Positions 1 through 10,248 of a stretch of DNA of 64,000 nt are shown here, piece by piece. The stretch spans positions 1 through 64,000 of the forward strand of contig JAADVB010000010.1 in assembly GCA_023334545.1 (NCBI GenBank), read 5' to 3'. Below the pieces are notes generated by a model. It saw nothing but the letters and a program-made list of their open reading frames with translations. It ran no database searches and had not been told where the DNA came from. Position numbers and translations under genes: made by a program. Numbering within the stretch: the stretch's first letter is position 1; each line of letters opens with the position of its first letter. This DNA is from Salisapilia sapeloensis CBS 127946. Lineage: Eukaryota; Protista; Oomycota.

Positions 1-990
1 CCGAATACTAGACTTAGCGTTTCTATATACCTACTAAATCCTAATACAATCTCCTTAACCTTCATCTTAGTATGGAAAGGTCTAACGACCATTCATGTTC
101 CTTGTACCTTTGTATTTGCATCACATGTTCCAATACAAGGCCCCACTTCAAGATCCGGAATGTTACCCCAGCTTGGGATACATTCATGTAACTTCTCGTT
201 ACATACGAACTTGATCTGCATTAATAACACCTTCTCGCGCGTTTATTTTCGACTACTTTTGTTGCGCAAATTTTTTAAATGAGGGAGTTTTAAGTGTTTG
301 CAGACTAATCACATACGCAGGTAAATATAAGGCGCGTGGCTTACATAATAAACTTGAACTTTGTATGTAAGTCAATTAAGTGCAAATTTAAGTTCCCTTT
401 ACTGATTATTGTAGGTGTAAATATCTCTATTATAAAAAATATAAGCCGTCTGCCTTAAGTTCCCATACATTTGCCAAGTATATTTTACGAAAGTAGGATA
501 ATGTTGCATTAAAATTTAGCTCTCATTCAATCGAACATGATGCGAAAGAAGTAGAATGCTGTGTCCGAATTCATGGATCTGTAGTTCTATAGAGTCGTGC
601 TTAAGAAAATAATGCAAAAATATTAAAATGTTCTGAATTTGAAGAGATGATTGTGAATGTAAAACAACGCATTCGATCCGAACAGCTTAAATACGATAGC
701 GACCACAGTTTTTTGCATATACCTACCCTTACCCTATCCGATAGATATCCGATCTGGACCTTATCCGGTAACGACCAGGCTCTTGTGGTGATAACGGTGC
801 TGACAGTAGGTCCTCATTCTCTAGCTTTATTGGCTGACGAGATATAGAGTCTCAAAGTCGCTTGCGTGGTTTCATTGGGCCAGCACTACAGTAGATTTTC
901 CATCTGATTAACTTGATTTTTGTATAGACGTGCGAAGCTAGAGAAGAATCCAATCTAAACTTCCACTGCAATATCACAAGGAAGAACGAG

Positions 991-3798
991 ATGCTTGGAA
1001 TCGGATTTAAGATCAGCGATACGCCGTTGGATGGCCTCAAGCGACCACTCGAGGAATACATCAAGCGCGAATACTCTACGTCAGAGTCTGGAAGTAGGTC
1101 GGACGAGCTATCGGAAGAGCACCGTGAGGCGTTGGACCGATTCTTCTCGCTCAAGGCCGACGTTGACGCTGTGCGTACAGCCTCAACACTATCCCGCCAC
1201 GTCCTGCTTCAATATTATGCTCAATTGGAACGCATGGCTGCTCGATTTCCATTACAAGAAAACTTAAATAGCTCTCGACCTGGTCTAAAGCTCCAATTTA
1301 CTTGGAATGATTCGTTCTCTCCTCGGAAAAAGATCACGCAGTCTAACATCAAGTATGAACAAGCGGCTATTATGTTTAACTTTGGTGCACTGGAAAGCCA
1401 ACTAGGCGTACATACGGACCGAAACTCGGCGGAAGGATTGAAAAACGCTTGCCGACATTTTACGCTAGCGGCCGGTGCGTTCGAGTACGTGCACGAGAAG
1501 CTCGTTCATGATCTTCCGGGTGCTGCGACACCTGATTTAAGCCAAGAAGGCCTGGGCATGCTCCGCCACTTGATGCTAGCCCAAGCTCAAGCCTGCTTTT
1601 ATGAGAAAGCGATTAAAGACCAGATGAAGCATTCTATTAAAGCCAAGCTCGTTGCACAGGCGCACGACATGTACAAGCAAGCATTACGCTACTGCACTTC
1701 CTCCAAATTGGTACGCTTGATCGACAGGTCGTGGGCGATGCATCTCAGTTTCCAGGTCGAGTGCATGGCGGCAGCTACGCAGTATTGGGCGGCTAAAGCT
1801 GCGAATGATCGTGCAAAGACGTCTGGTGAGGGCTACGGAGAGGAGATTGCTCGGTTGACGGCAGCTGGTGCCCGTTGCAAAGAGGCAGTCAAGATTGCGT
1901 CCGAGGCCAAGTTGCCTAACTCGCTCTTGCAGTCGGCAAAGTCATTGCAAGATGTGTCCAAGGAAAGCCTTGACGCTGCTCAAAAGGACAATGCTAGTGT
2001 TTACATGGAGCAAGTGCCTAACTTTGGAGACTTGGCAGAAGTCGATAAGGCTTGTATGGTATCTCCGACGCAATTGAGTGCAAGTGAGCTACAGGAAGAA
2101 TTGAAAGAAGATTTATTCGAGCCTTTTGTACCGCGTGCAGTCCTTGAGAAGGCTGCGAATGTGAAGAAGGAAATCGAGGAAATGCTTCAGAAGGCAAAAG
2201 CCAAGGTGGATGAACGTCAGGATCTGTCAAAAAAGACACTGCAAGAGCTCGGACTCCCTGCCTCGATCGAAGCATTCGAAGACACGAGTGACAATGGCAT
2301 CCCAGCGAACGTCTGGCGTCGCATCGAGCAGCTCCAATCCTTTCATCACTTTTCAGATGGAGAGAATGCAGTGAGAATGTGGATAGACAGCAGACTACAA
2401 GAGAATCAGGGCGTCTCGGATGCGGTGGAGAATAAATTGCGCTTGATTGAAGACACACTTGCCGAAGAAGAGACCGAAGATAACGTCTGTCGTCAAAACT
2501 ATGGCAACGAGCGCTGGCTAAGACCCGTGTCGAGTGCGTTGAACCAGGGCTTTCGAGCCGACGTCGATCGGTACTACCGTCTCTTGCGTGAAGCTAAGCA
2601 GTCGGACGAAGTCGTACGGCAGAAGTATCGCGACAATGAACACTTGTTGCGCCTGCTCTCTCAATCCAAGCAAGAGCTCGATGATCAACTGCCGAATAGA
2701 AAGGAAGAGGGGTCCACTTGCAATATGGAAATCACGGAACTTTCAGATCTACTGGCAAAAGTCAATGCTCTTTCAGAGGAAGAGAATCAATTGATCCAAG
2801 AATTTGACGCAGCAGTCGACATGCTCAACGTCCTCCCGGTGCTTCTAAACCATGATGATGATGACGCAGCTGATTCTGCCGTTCAAAAGGAGAAGCATTT
2901 CTTCCAGGAACAGTACGTTGATAAGGCAGACACGCTGTGCAGCGAAGAGGAAAGTCTTGTCAACGACATTAGTTCTGTGAACGAACGTTTCGATGCTAGA
3001 AAGGAGCAAGACCCAGTACTCGTATCTCGTCAGGCGTTCCTGCAGCAAACGGGTGATGCTGTAGACGTCTTCCAGCAGCTAGAGTCGCACCTCCAAGAAG
3101 GAGGTCGCTTCTACCAAGAACTCTTTAACCGCATTGAGCAGTTGCGACAGACAGTAGAAGATCATTGCTCTGCGCGAGAGTTGGAAAAGCGAGAGATCGA
3201 GCTCAACCTCAAGGCCGATCAAGACCGTCGCAACCGAGAGGAGGAGGATGCTCGGATGGCACAGCACATGATGCAGAATTTGCAATTCCAGGAAGGTCGT
3301 CCACGAGACAACACGCAGATTCGCAATGACGAAGAGTTTGCTCGGCAGCTTCAGGACGAAAGCCGGCCAAGAGATTCGACGCAAGTTCGACAGGACGAAG
3401 AGCTGGCGAGGCAACTGGCTGGAGAAGCTGCGCAGCGGTATCCTTCGATGGGCTGCCAGAACCACACACCTGACTACGTTCACGTCCAGTCTCAATCGAA
3501 GCCATCTCACACGTACGGTAATACGCAATGGCAGCATCCGTATAGCTCATACGAACAGCAGTATGGATCAAATGCGCCTCCTCCTCCAAATCCGCGCGTG
3601 AGACAGTCTCCATCCAACGCACCACCTCCAGGCCAAGTCATGGGACTCTTCGGAAATTATTATGATCCACAAGCCCCTCCTTCCCCACCAAATCCTACTC
3701 AGCACCAAACGTACGGATACCAGCAATACCCTGGTGCACAACCAAGTGGGTACGACAGTCGTGCCAACCGTCACAGTCCGCCTGGGAGTTCTGTTTAG
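991..3798 (+). CDS. BRO1: BRO1/ALIX-family ESCRT accessory protein (Bro1 domain, V domain, MIU-like motifs, Pro/Tyr/Gln-rich tail)
   Basis: 935-aa intronless ORF. Contains the Bro1 signatures FTWNDSF, YEQAAIMFNFGALES and LAQAQACFYEKA, followed by a helical V domain with FYQELF and a proline-rich C-terminus. Confidence 0.92.
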   Translation: MLGIGFKISDTPLDGLKRPLEEYIKREYSTSESGSRSDELSEEHREALDRFFSLKADVDAVRTASTLSRHVLLQYYAQLERMAARFPLQENLNSSRPGLKLQFTWNDSFSPRKKITQSNIKYEQAAIMFNFGALESQLGVHTDRNSAEGLKNACRHFTLAAGAFEYVHEKLVHDLPGAATPDLSQEGLGMLRHLMLAQAQACFYEKAIKDQMKHSIKAKLVAQAHDMYKQALRYCTSSKLVRLIDRSWAMHLSFQVECMAAATQYWAAKAANDRAKTSGEGYGEEIARLTAAGARCKEAVKIASEAKLPNSLLQSAKSLQDVSKESLDAAQKDNASVYMEQVPNFGDLAEVDKACMVSPTQLSASELQEELKEDLFEPFVPRAVLEKAANVKKEIEEMLQKAKAKVDERQDLSKKTLQELGLPASIEAFEDTSDNGIPANVWRRIEQLQSFHHFSDGENAVRMWIDSRLQENQGVSDAVENKLRLIEDTLAEEETEDNVCRQNYGNERWLRPVSSALNQGFRADVDRYYRLLREAKQSDEVVRQKYRDNEHLLRLLSQSKQELDDQLPNRKEEGSTCNMEITELSDLLAKVNALSEEENQLIQEFDAAVDMLNVLPVLLNHDDDDAADSAVQKEKHFFQEQYVDKADTLCSEEESLVNDISSVNERFDARKEQDPVLVSRQAFLQQTGDAVDVFQQLESHLQEGGRFYQELFNRIEQLRQTVEDHCSARELEKREIELNLKADQDRRNREEEDARMAQHMMQNLQFQEGRPRDNTQIRNDEEFARQLQDESRPRDSTQVRQDEELARQLAGEAAQRYPSMGCQNHTPDYVHVQSQSKPSHTYGNTQWQHPYSSYEQQYGSNAPPPPNPRVRQSPSNAPPPGQVMGLFGNYYDPQAPPSPPNPTQHQTYGYQQYPGAQPSGYDSRANRHSPPGSSV

Positions 3799-4156
3799 GA
3801 CATCTTTTTTTCAAATCGGCGCCTAGTCTCAAAAAGTAACCGAAATTTCATCTTTGCTTGTCCATCGCATATCAGCGTCTTGATCTTCTTCCCATGATGA
3901 GATGCAAGCATGGGACTCGATTGTAGAATTCAGCACACTGCAAAAGGCAGGCATGAGGCCTTTTGGTGCGATGCAGTTTCCCAACAAACGTGCTTTTGTA
4001 TACAACATTTCCCATGGAGAATATTCCATACTGCCGCGATCTACCACAAAGGTGCTAGCTAGTCGATACCTGCACAGCAAAGCATTCTACAGAGGTCGTG
4101 GACCGAATGGCAGTTCATTCCAAGATTTACTGACCACCACTCAAGCTACTTCTCAA

Positions 4157-4163
4157 CTCATTC
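4157..4163 (+). promoter_or_regulatory. Oomycete initiator (Inr)-like element
   Basis: CTCATTC lies about 16 nt upstream of ATG 4179 and matches the oomycete YCAYTY core promoter motif. The motif is short and could occur by chance. Confidence 0.35.
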
Positions 4164-4178
4164 AACCAAGTGTCCACG

Positions 4179-5777
4179 ATGCGTCTCCGGCCGATGATCC
4201 AATGTCTTCCGCTCATGATAAGTCTAGTGATGTGCTCTGTCTTCCTGCAAGTCTCACACGGAGAAGACATTGATATCTGTACGACCTACGTCAACAGTGC
4301 TGAAGAGTCAATGGGGGTAAACGCAGTCGAGGATCTTTCTTGTATCGAAGATCCGTCGGACACGCTAGGGTGTTTCCGTCAAATATGCCGCCGTTGCCGC
4401 TTACCAGACTATAGCGACGAAGCGCCAGAGTACCGCTTCTGCTCCGACATCATAGATGACTCTTCGATTCACTCCAATTCAAGCGCCAATGATCCGGCGT
4501 TGAATGTTTCTTGTCCAAGTCTCGTTTCGAAAGGAGACAAGGCTGTGGGTATTACGGCCGAGTTTGATGAGCTCTGCAGTACTGTCGGTGGGTTGGGCTG
4601 CTTTGGTGTAGAAACCAATACTTCTTGCAGAATGTGCAAGATCATGGAAACGCCTCAAAGCCGCCACTTGAATCCGTGCTTGGATGTTCCATTGAATGCA
4701 AGCAGCAACTCTTCCAGTGGCTCCGTTTCAGTAGGAGATTACCTTTGCCCAGAACTCGTATCCGTTGGTGATGCCAGTGTTGGCATCTCGGCATACTTTG
4801 ACGAAGACTGCTTGGAGGAAACTGGCATCGGGTGTTTCCCTCCGACCGACGGCTATGCTTGTCGCTACTGTAAAACGAAGGAAACGAAGGAAAGCATGTA
4901 CTTTTTGCCATGCGATGATGACATGGATAGCTCTGATAACTTTGTCATCGATGAATGCGCCGCTCAAACTTCCGAAGGTAACAACAATGTCGGCATCTCA
5001 GCCTTTGTCGATGAAAGCTGTGAACAAGGCGGTCTGGGTTGCTTTGTTGCGGAAGACAGCTCGAGCAGTAGTAACTTGATCTGTCGCTACTGCCAATTCC
5101 AAGAAACCGATCAAAGTCGCCACCTTCTTTCTTGCCCGCGGAAACCTCAGGACGACATGACCGATTTTTGCCCGAGCAAAGTTCCTGTAGGAGACAAAAC
5201 GTTTGGGATCAGTGCATACCTGGATATGAACTGTGTGGATGGTGGTTTAGGCTGCTTTCCTGAAGGTAACTGTCGTTTCTGCCGCATTGGACAGCAGAAC
5301 GAAAAGAACGATCAGTTTGTGCCGTGTCCGATTGACTGCCAGATGTACGTGGACGAGACTTCATACTCCAGCGTTTCCTTTATCATTGACGATCGCTGCG
5401 CCGGAGATGCTTCGAGCGAATTGCCTGGATGTGAAGCGGGCACATCATGCCGGTTGTGCCACACATCCAAGAAGAGCGAAAGCTCTGACCTGTTGTATTG
5501 CGAGGTGCTAGAAGGTCTGAAAGAAATACTGGCTAAAGATGGAAGTGGTAGCATCGCGGAAGCCACTGGTGTCAATACTCGGACGCAAAATGGAAGTGAA
5601 GATAACCTTCAAGGATCCGTCTACTGGGTATTGGCAGGCATATTCACGATCGCCCTAGTGGTGGCCATCTTCTCGATGTTCCTGATTTCCAAGCATCGTG
5701 CTAGATCAAACGAGGAGCGAGTGGAAGACGTGCCGTTTGTCAACAAATTAGACAGCCATCGCATTGCCACGCTATAG
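4179..5777 (+). CDS. Cys-rich repeat single-pass type I membrane protein (six 6-Cys repeats)
   Basis: First ATG at 4179 inside ORF 4170-5777. Signal peptide (MISLVMCSVFLQVSHG), six repeats of roughly C..VSxGD..VGISA..D..C..GGLGCF..CRxC..C, a TM helix (VYWVLAGIFTIALVVAIFSMFLI) and a short tail. Paralogue at 60832-62430. Confidence 0.85.
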   Translation: MRLRPMIQCLPLMISLVMCSVFLQVSHGEDIDICTTYVNSAEESMGVNAVEDLSCIEDPSDTLGCFRQICRRCRLPDYSDEAPEYRFCSDIIDDSSIHSNSSANDPALNVSCPSLVSKGDKAVGITAEFDELCSTVGGLGCFGVETNTSCRMCKIMETPQSRHLNPCLDVPLNASSNSSSGSVSVGDYLCPELVSVGDASVGISAYFDEDCLEETGIGCFPPTDGYACRYCKTKETKESMYFLPCDDDMDSSDNFVIDECAAQTSEGNNNVGISAFVDESCEQGGLGCFVAEDSSSSSNLICRYCQFQETDQSRHLLSCPRKPQDDMTDFCPSKVPVGDKTFGISAYLDMNCVDGGLGCFPEGNCRFCRIGQQNEKNDQFVPCPIDCQMYVDETSYSSVSFIIDDRCAGDASSELPGCEAGTSCRLCHTSKKSESSDLLYCEVLEGLKEILAKDGSGSIAEATGVNTRTQNGSEDNLQGSVYWVLAGIFTIALVVAIFSMFLISKHRARSNEERVEDVPFVNKLDSHRIATL

Positions 5778-6042
5778 TTTCGCAATAATTCTTTCGAATA
5801 CAAGCCAAAATGGAGTTCTGCAAATACTTGATTGCCTTCATCTTCGCTACGAATGCCGCTTCATCTTTACAGCCCCAAGGAATAACTCTGCATTACAACA
5901 GAAGAAGACACGGCCACAAGACACCATCGGTTCATGCCGTTGCAGAACACAAAGTCCAAAAGTATTTGATCTTGCGGCAGTTGACTTTGATGTTTATTTT
6001 GATAGTCTTTTTAATTGCAAAGCTATCTCGTCCTAGCTTTGC

Positions 6043-7943
6043 TCAACTCTGATGAAGATCCACATGTTGAGCCTGCTCAATCGCCGGTTCAGACGTTTCA
6101 TCAGATTCCAAGTCCCGTTTCACTTCCGCGCGGGACGAGTCTTGGCTCCCGCGACTCGGTCTACCTCCGTGTCGAATGCATAACAAATTTCGCACTGCTC
6201 CTTTGTTACAACCTGGGTGTGTGCATCGTTTGCCACCGCCATGGCGCGTGCAATACGTGCCACCCACAGCGCTTCGGCTGCAATCTTCAAACTGGCAGCG
6301 CTGACCGCCGCCATGCGCAATGCACTTGCCCCCTTTTAACGCTCCTTTCTGGCATCCCTCTACACTACAACGCCGAATGCCCCCGTGCGCACCACACAAG
6401 CCACTCGTCAATGCCGACTTGGTGCACCCATGACGTTTGCACCGTTTGCCTATGGAATAAAAGTAGCAACGCCAATGTTAGTTAAGCCGACGATGGTGCA
6501 CATGAAAAGACCAAGAGATAGCTGAGCATGAAGCTATAATGGGGCAAGAAGAGCGATCTGAAGGCGTTGCGAGACTTAAAAATCATGACACGTAGAGTGT
6601 AGGTAGTGCTGAAACTCATCAGATCATCCAACTGGTTGAAAGGTTCATTCCCCCAATTGGCTCTAGTTTTCCTCTTCCCACACCCAGCTTTTGAGTTCAG
6701 ATAGTGGATGAAGGGTCAGGATTTGCACATAAGAGAAGCAGCAAATCCTTCGCCCTTGATCCATCCCCACTTTTCGAAATACATAAACACAAAAGCCCGG
6801 TACGTACCTCCGCCGTGCAAAGCGCACAGACCTCCTTTCTTGGCGCTCGATGTGCAGCAGGATATCCGACAGCGCACGCCTACACAAGAACGTTTAGTCC
6901 GTGTTCATTTCGTTTAGACCAATATGGAGTCGAATTCGTAAAGGCTGTGGCATCGATTGAATGAGCTCCCAGCCTTTCTTTCGACATTATATGCAATTGC
7001 GCGTAGTACTGATGACATGCAGATACACATAATATGCAGGTGCCATGTGAGACCCTTTCTTTCGTGGTGTGGTCGCTATTCCGTAGGCACCACCGCACAC
7101 AAGGCGCGTGAACTTATAATTACAGCCTGTAGCTCTGGAGAGCGTACGAGACTCCAATCGAATCGAAAAGATAAACACAGCTTCCACGTATGGTGGAATG
7201 CAGGATAGTCGTAATCTTAGGTCCGAAAACGGTGGAAATCGTGTCCGCCGGAATTTACGGTATTTTGATCACTATCCCGTCCATCACGGTTTTTAACATT
7301 TTAAAAAGCATGGCGGTAACTGTGACTTTTTCGTTCAGTGGAGATAGATACATTCGCCATGCATAGCACCTCGAATCGTACGCCTCCACTATGCCCCGCA
7401 TTCCCATACGTTCGTATCGAATGGCAGACCATCGTCGCTCCTTTTATGGAAGAGTACTATGGTCCACCCAGAAGCAAAATGTGCATGTAGAGACGATGCA
7501 TGGCACCAATGTTAAATGCTTGGTTCATCTATTTTCCAGAACGGCATGCTTTGTGTGCCACGATCGCCCCGTAAAAGGATCAGTCTCCGCCTCATGTGAT
7601 AACAAGTTGTAAACTGTACATCGTTGGACATGCAATGGATTTCATGAATGCATGTACCTCCTCCGTGGCTCACGCAATAGCCTCCTGTCTTCGCGTGCTT
7701 GGCACATCCTTCCGCCCGACAGCGCCGGCTCCGATCCTCGCTGTGGACTTCGCAGTAGTAGTGGTATCGTGATCGCGGGGGCTTGTAACAGCCCTGCTGT
7801 CGGCAGTAGGTTCTGTCCGGGGCCGGGTCCGGCGTGCCGTCGTCGTCCTCGGCGTCCTCTTCCATGGGCTCGGGGTGGATGATGAACGACAGACTCATCC
7901 GGTTGAGCTGACTGCTGTAGGAATCCGAATTTTTGGCACCCAT
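6043..7943 (-). CDS. WRKY19-like Cys/His-repeat (C..GC.K.A..GG.C..HGGG) protein, two exons
   Basis: ORF 7512-7943 breaks off at CVSHGG-G before a GT at 7657. ORF 6043-6411 extends upstream to an AG at 6450. Splicing them restores HGGGKRCKRHGCTKSALTSGLCGAHGG in phase. Confidence 0.75.
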
Positions 7944-8527
7944 CTCGATAAATAATTCGACTGTCGAAGTAGTGCCACGGGACGGCGGAAACCGCTAGGT
8001 GAGGAAAAGTTTGATTCTTAAGTTTTTCAAATATTGCAGTCTTACCGGCAGAATATTCAGCCAAAGCAAGGGCTGCGCGACGCTGGTCCGGTCGAAAAGA
8101 AACTTTGAGCAATGGCGCTGGGCAAAGCTCAGGCGATGGTGGGAGTGGCTTCAACTGTGCAAGTCACCAAGATAAACTTCCACCCAAAGCCAGACACTTT
8201 CGACCGGTCGAACTCGCGCGTATCAGGTTAAAGTCAGGTCGCCACGACTCGCAGACGTGGATGTGGAAACTGGTGACAGCCCGGCAGAATCGGACGTGCG
8301 TTCGGGATCCTGCCTTTCTCTATTCACTCCGCCACGGAGATAAATTATTCCTCCGGCATGCTCTCTTGGCCAGGAAGGCGATATTTCGCCTCATCTTTGT
8401 CATACGTGCATGTCACATGAAGGTGGTACGATCGTGTAAAATGTTTAGTTTGGTGAACACAGAGCTGGCGGCGTCATACCGGAGGCAGGTCAAAACCCTT
8501 CCTGTATTATCTCTTATACAAAAGAAC

Positions 8528-10129
8528 TTATTCCGCCGTCTCCATCTCGCCGTCTCCACCCTCCATCCCGTGCGATCGGTCGGACGATCCTGATGACTTG
8601 AACTTGTCACTCGTAACAAACTCTGCATCCAACTGCCGGAGCTGCTGGGCTACAGAGCCGACCATCTCGACGCCTTCCAAGAGTTGGACGAGGTCCCCAT
8701 CGCTCGATGTCGTCTCGTCCGTCTCGAATGTAATGACGCCGGACGCCCGGTCTACGGATGCGGACAATCTTCGCTCCGCCACTAAACGAGTAACGAGCTT
8801 TTCACTTTTCAGCTGGCCGGGCCCATCTTCCACGCCGGCAGACGAGGCCAGTCCGAGATGAATTGGCAACTGCGCAAGTGGGAGCTTCACAAATGTACGG
8901 TGGAGTTGTCGTAGTCTGTGCTCGTACACTGCCTCCAAGCACTGCTTCGCCAGTCCTGCATCTCCATCCGCCTCGACCTTGTCCTTCTGCTGTCGGAGGA
9001 TCTCTCGAGCCTTTTCTTGCCCTTTCATGCCACTGTTGAATCTGCAGCTATCACTTAACGCAATAACGAACTCTTCATGCCATCCAGACGACGTCTGCTC
9101 GATGCGGGCCACTGGGAAGGATGTGTACTTTGGAAGAGTTAGGACGCTGCCGTGCGAGATGAAGTGCACCAAAAGCGCCTTCTTGTACGCTACGACGGCA
9201 AAGGCGGAGAGAGTGATCGCAGGCGCTGTCACTGCTAACAGTAGAAATTCCTCTGCCTCCTTCCACCGCTTCTCTCCAATCAAAAGCACTCCTCCAAAGT
9301 ACGCATACCGCATGAAATCGACTGTCGAAATAGAGTTCTTGTCAGGCAGCTCGAGGATCGGTCTGTCGTATGGAAAAATAAAGAATGAGGGTAAAGTCAA
9401 TACACCAACATGTATTCAATACGTACACTTGTAGCAAGTTGGAAGCAGCAAAGTAGGCCTTTGCTCGCACGCAGACATGGAAAAAGTGGCCGTGTAGGGG
9501 CGTCAAGACGTTTGAGTTTTGTCCGTGCATTCGAGTTAGGAGGGAACGGAGTGGGAAGACAGTCGCCAAGAAGCACTTTCGGGACTCTGCCATTTGGACG
9601 TACCGCTCACACAGCTTACCGACTACACAATTGCGTTCAATGTGAGAATGATACTTTTAGACCTTACGGATGCAAATATAAAAGTACCTTGTGCCATTTC
9701 TTTCATCACGACCGACACTGGTACTTGGTAGAAGAAATGGGACAGCTGGGCCATTGTCGACCGCTCCAGCTCGCTGTATTGTGCATCGTTTTGTCCGTTC
9801 TGTTGTTGCTGCCAGCGTCGAAGTTTCGCTGTCTTGGTTTCGCTAGTACAGACTGCTAAGACCATCTCAACCATTATACCTATATTTTTATAGACGTACA
9901 GCAAAAGAGAGCAGCAGAACGGCTTTTGTTCGACCGCTAGCGCGTCGTGTCGAAGCGCAAGATCGACCTGCTCGACGGTAGCCTCCGTCAGCGCAGCACC
10001 GAGTCCTTCGGTGGAGTTCAACTCGCGGCACAGCGAAAGGTCTGGCTGTTTCCGGTCGTTTTCGCTTCCAGCATCGGCCTCGACCTTTGTCAGCAGCGCC
10101 TGCAGCGGTCCCCATGCTTCCGTATCCAT
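8528..10129 (-). CDS. CSN3: COP9 signalosome subunit 3 (PCI domain), about 4 exons
   Basis: Motifs LTPLHGHFFHVCVRAK, FMRYAYFGG and AVTAPAITLSAFAVVAYKK plus a C-terminal PCI winged helix. ATG at 10129; exons joined through GT-AG introns. Confidence 0.85.
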
Positions 10130-10248
10130 CCTGGTCTTTGCTCTCGATAGTTTTGTACAATTTCGCTTCGGCTATTTCTACCCTCGAGTATAAACCCACG
10201 CTGACCGGAAATACATGGGAAGCAACTTGTTTCTAGCTAGACTCTATG

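Noticed and set aside
1-640. AT-rich left edge; a minus-strand frame reads KWGLVLEHVMQIQRYKEHEW, faintly like a family-B polymerase segment of Polinton-type elements
   Set aside because: The frame is under 60 aa and bounded by stops, with no second motif and no terminal repeat. The similarity is at chance level.
8105-8593. 162-aa plus-strand ORF between two minus-strand genes
   Set aside because: No recognisable motif, non-ATG start, and it overlaps the CSN3 3' end and the neighbouring promoter region.
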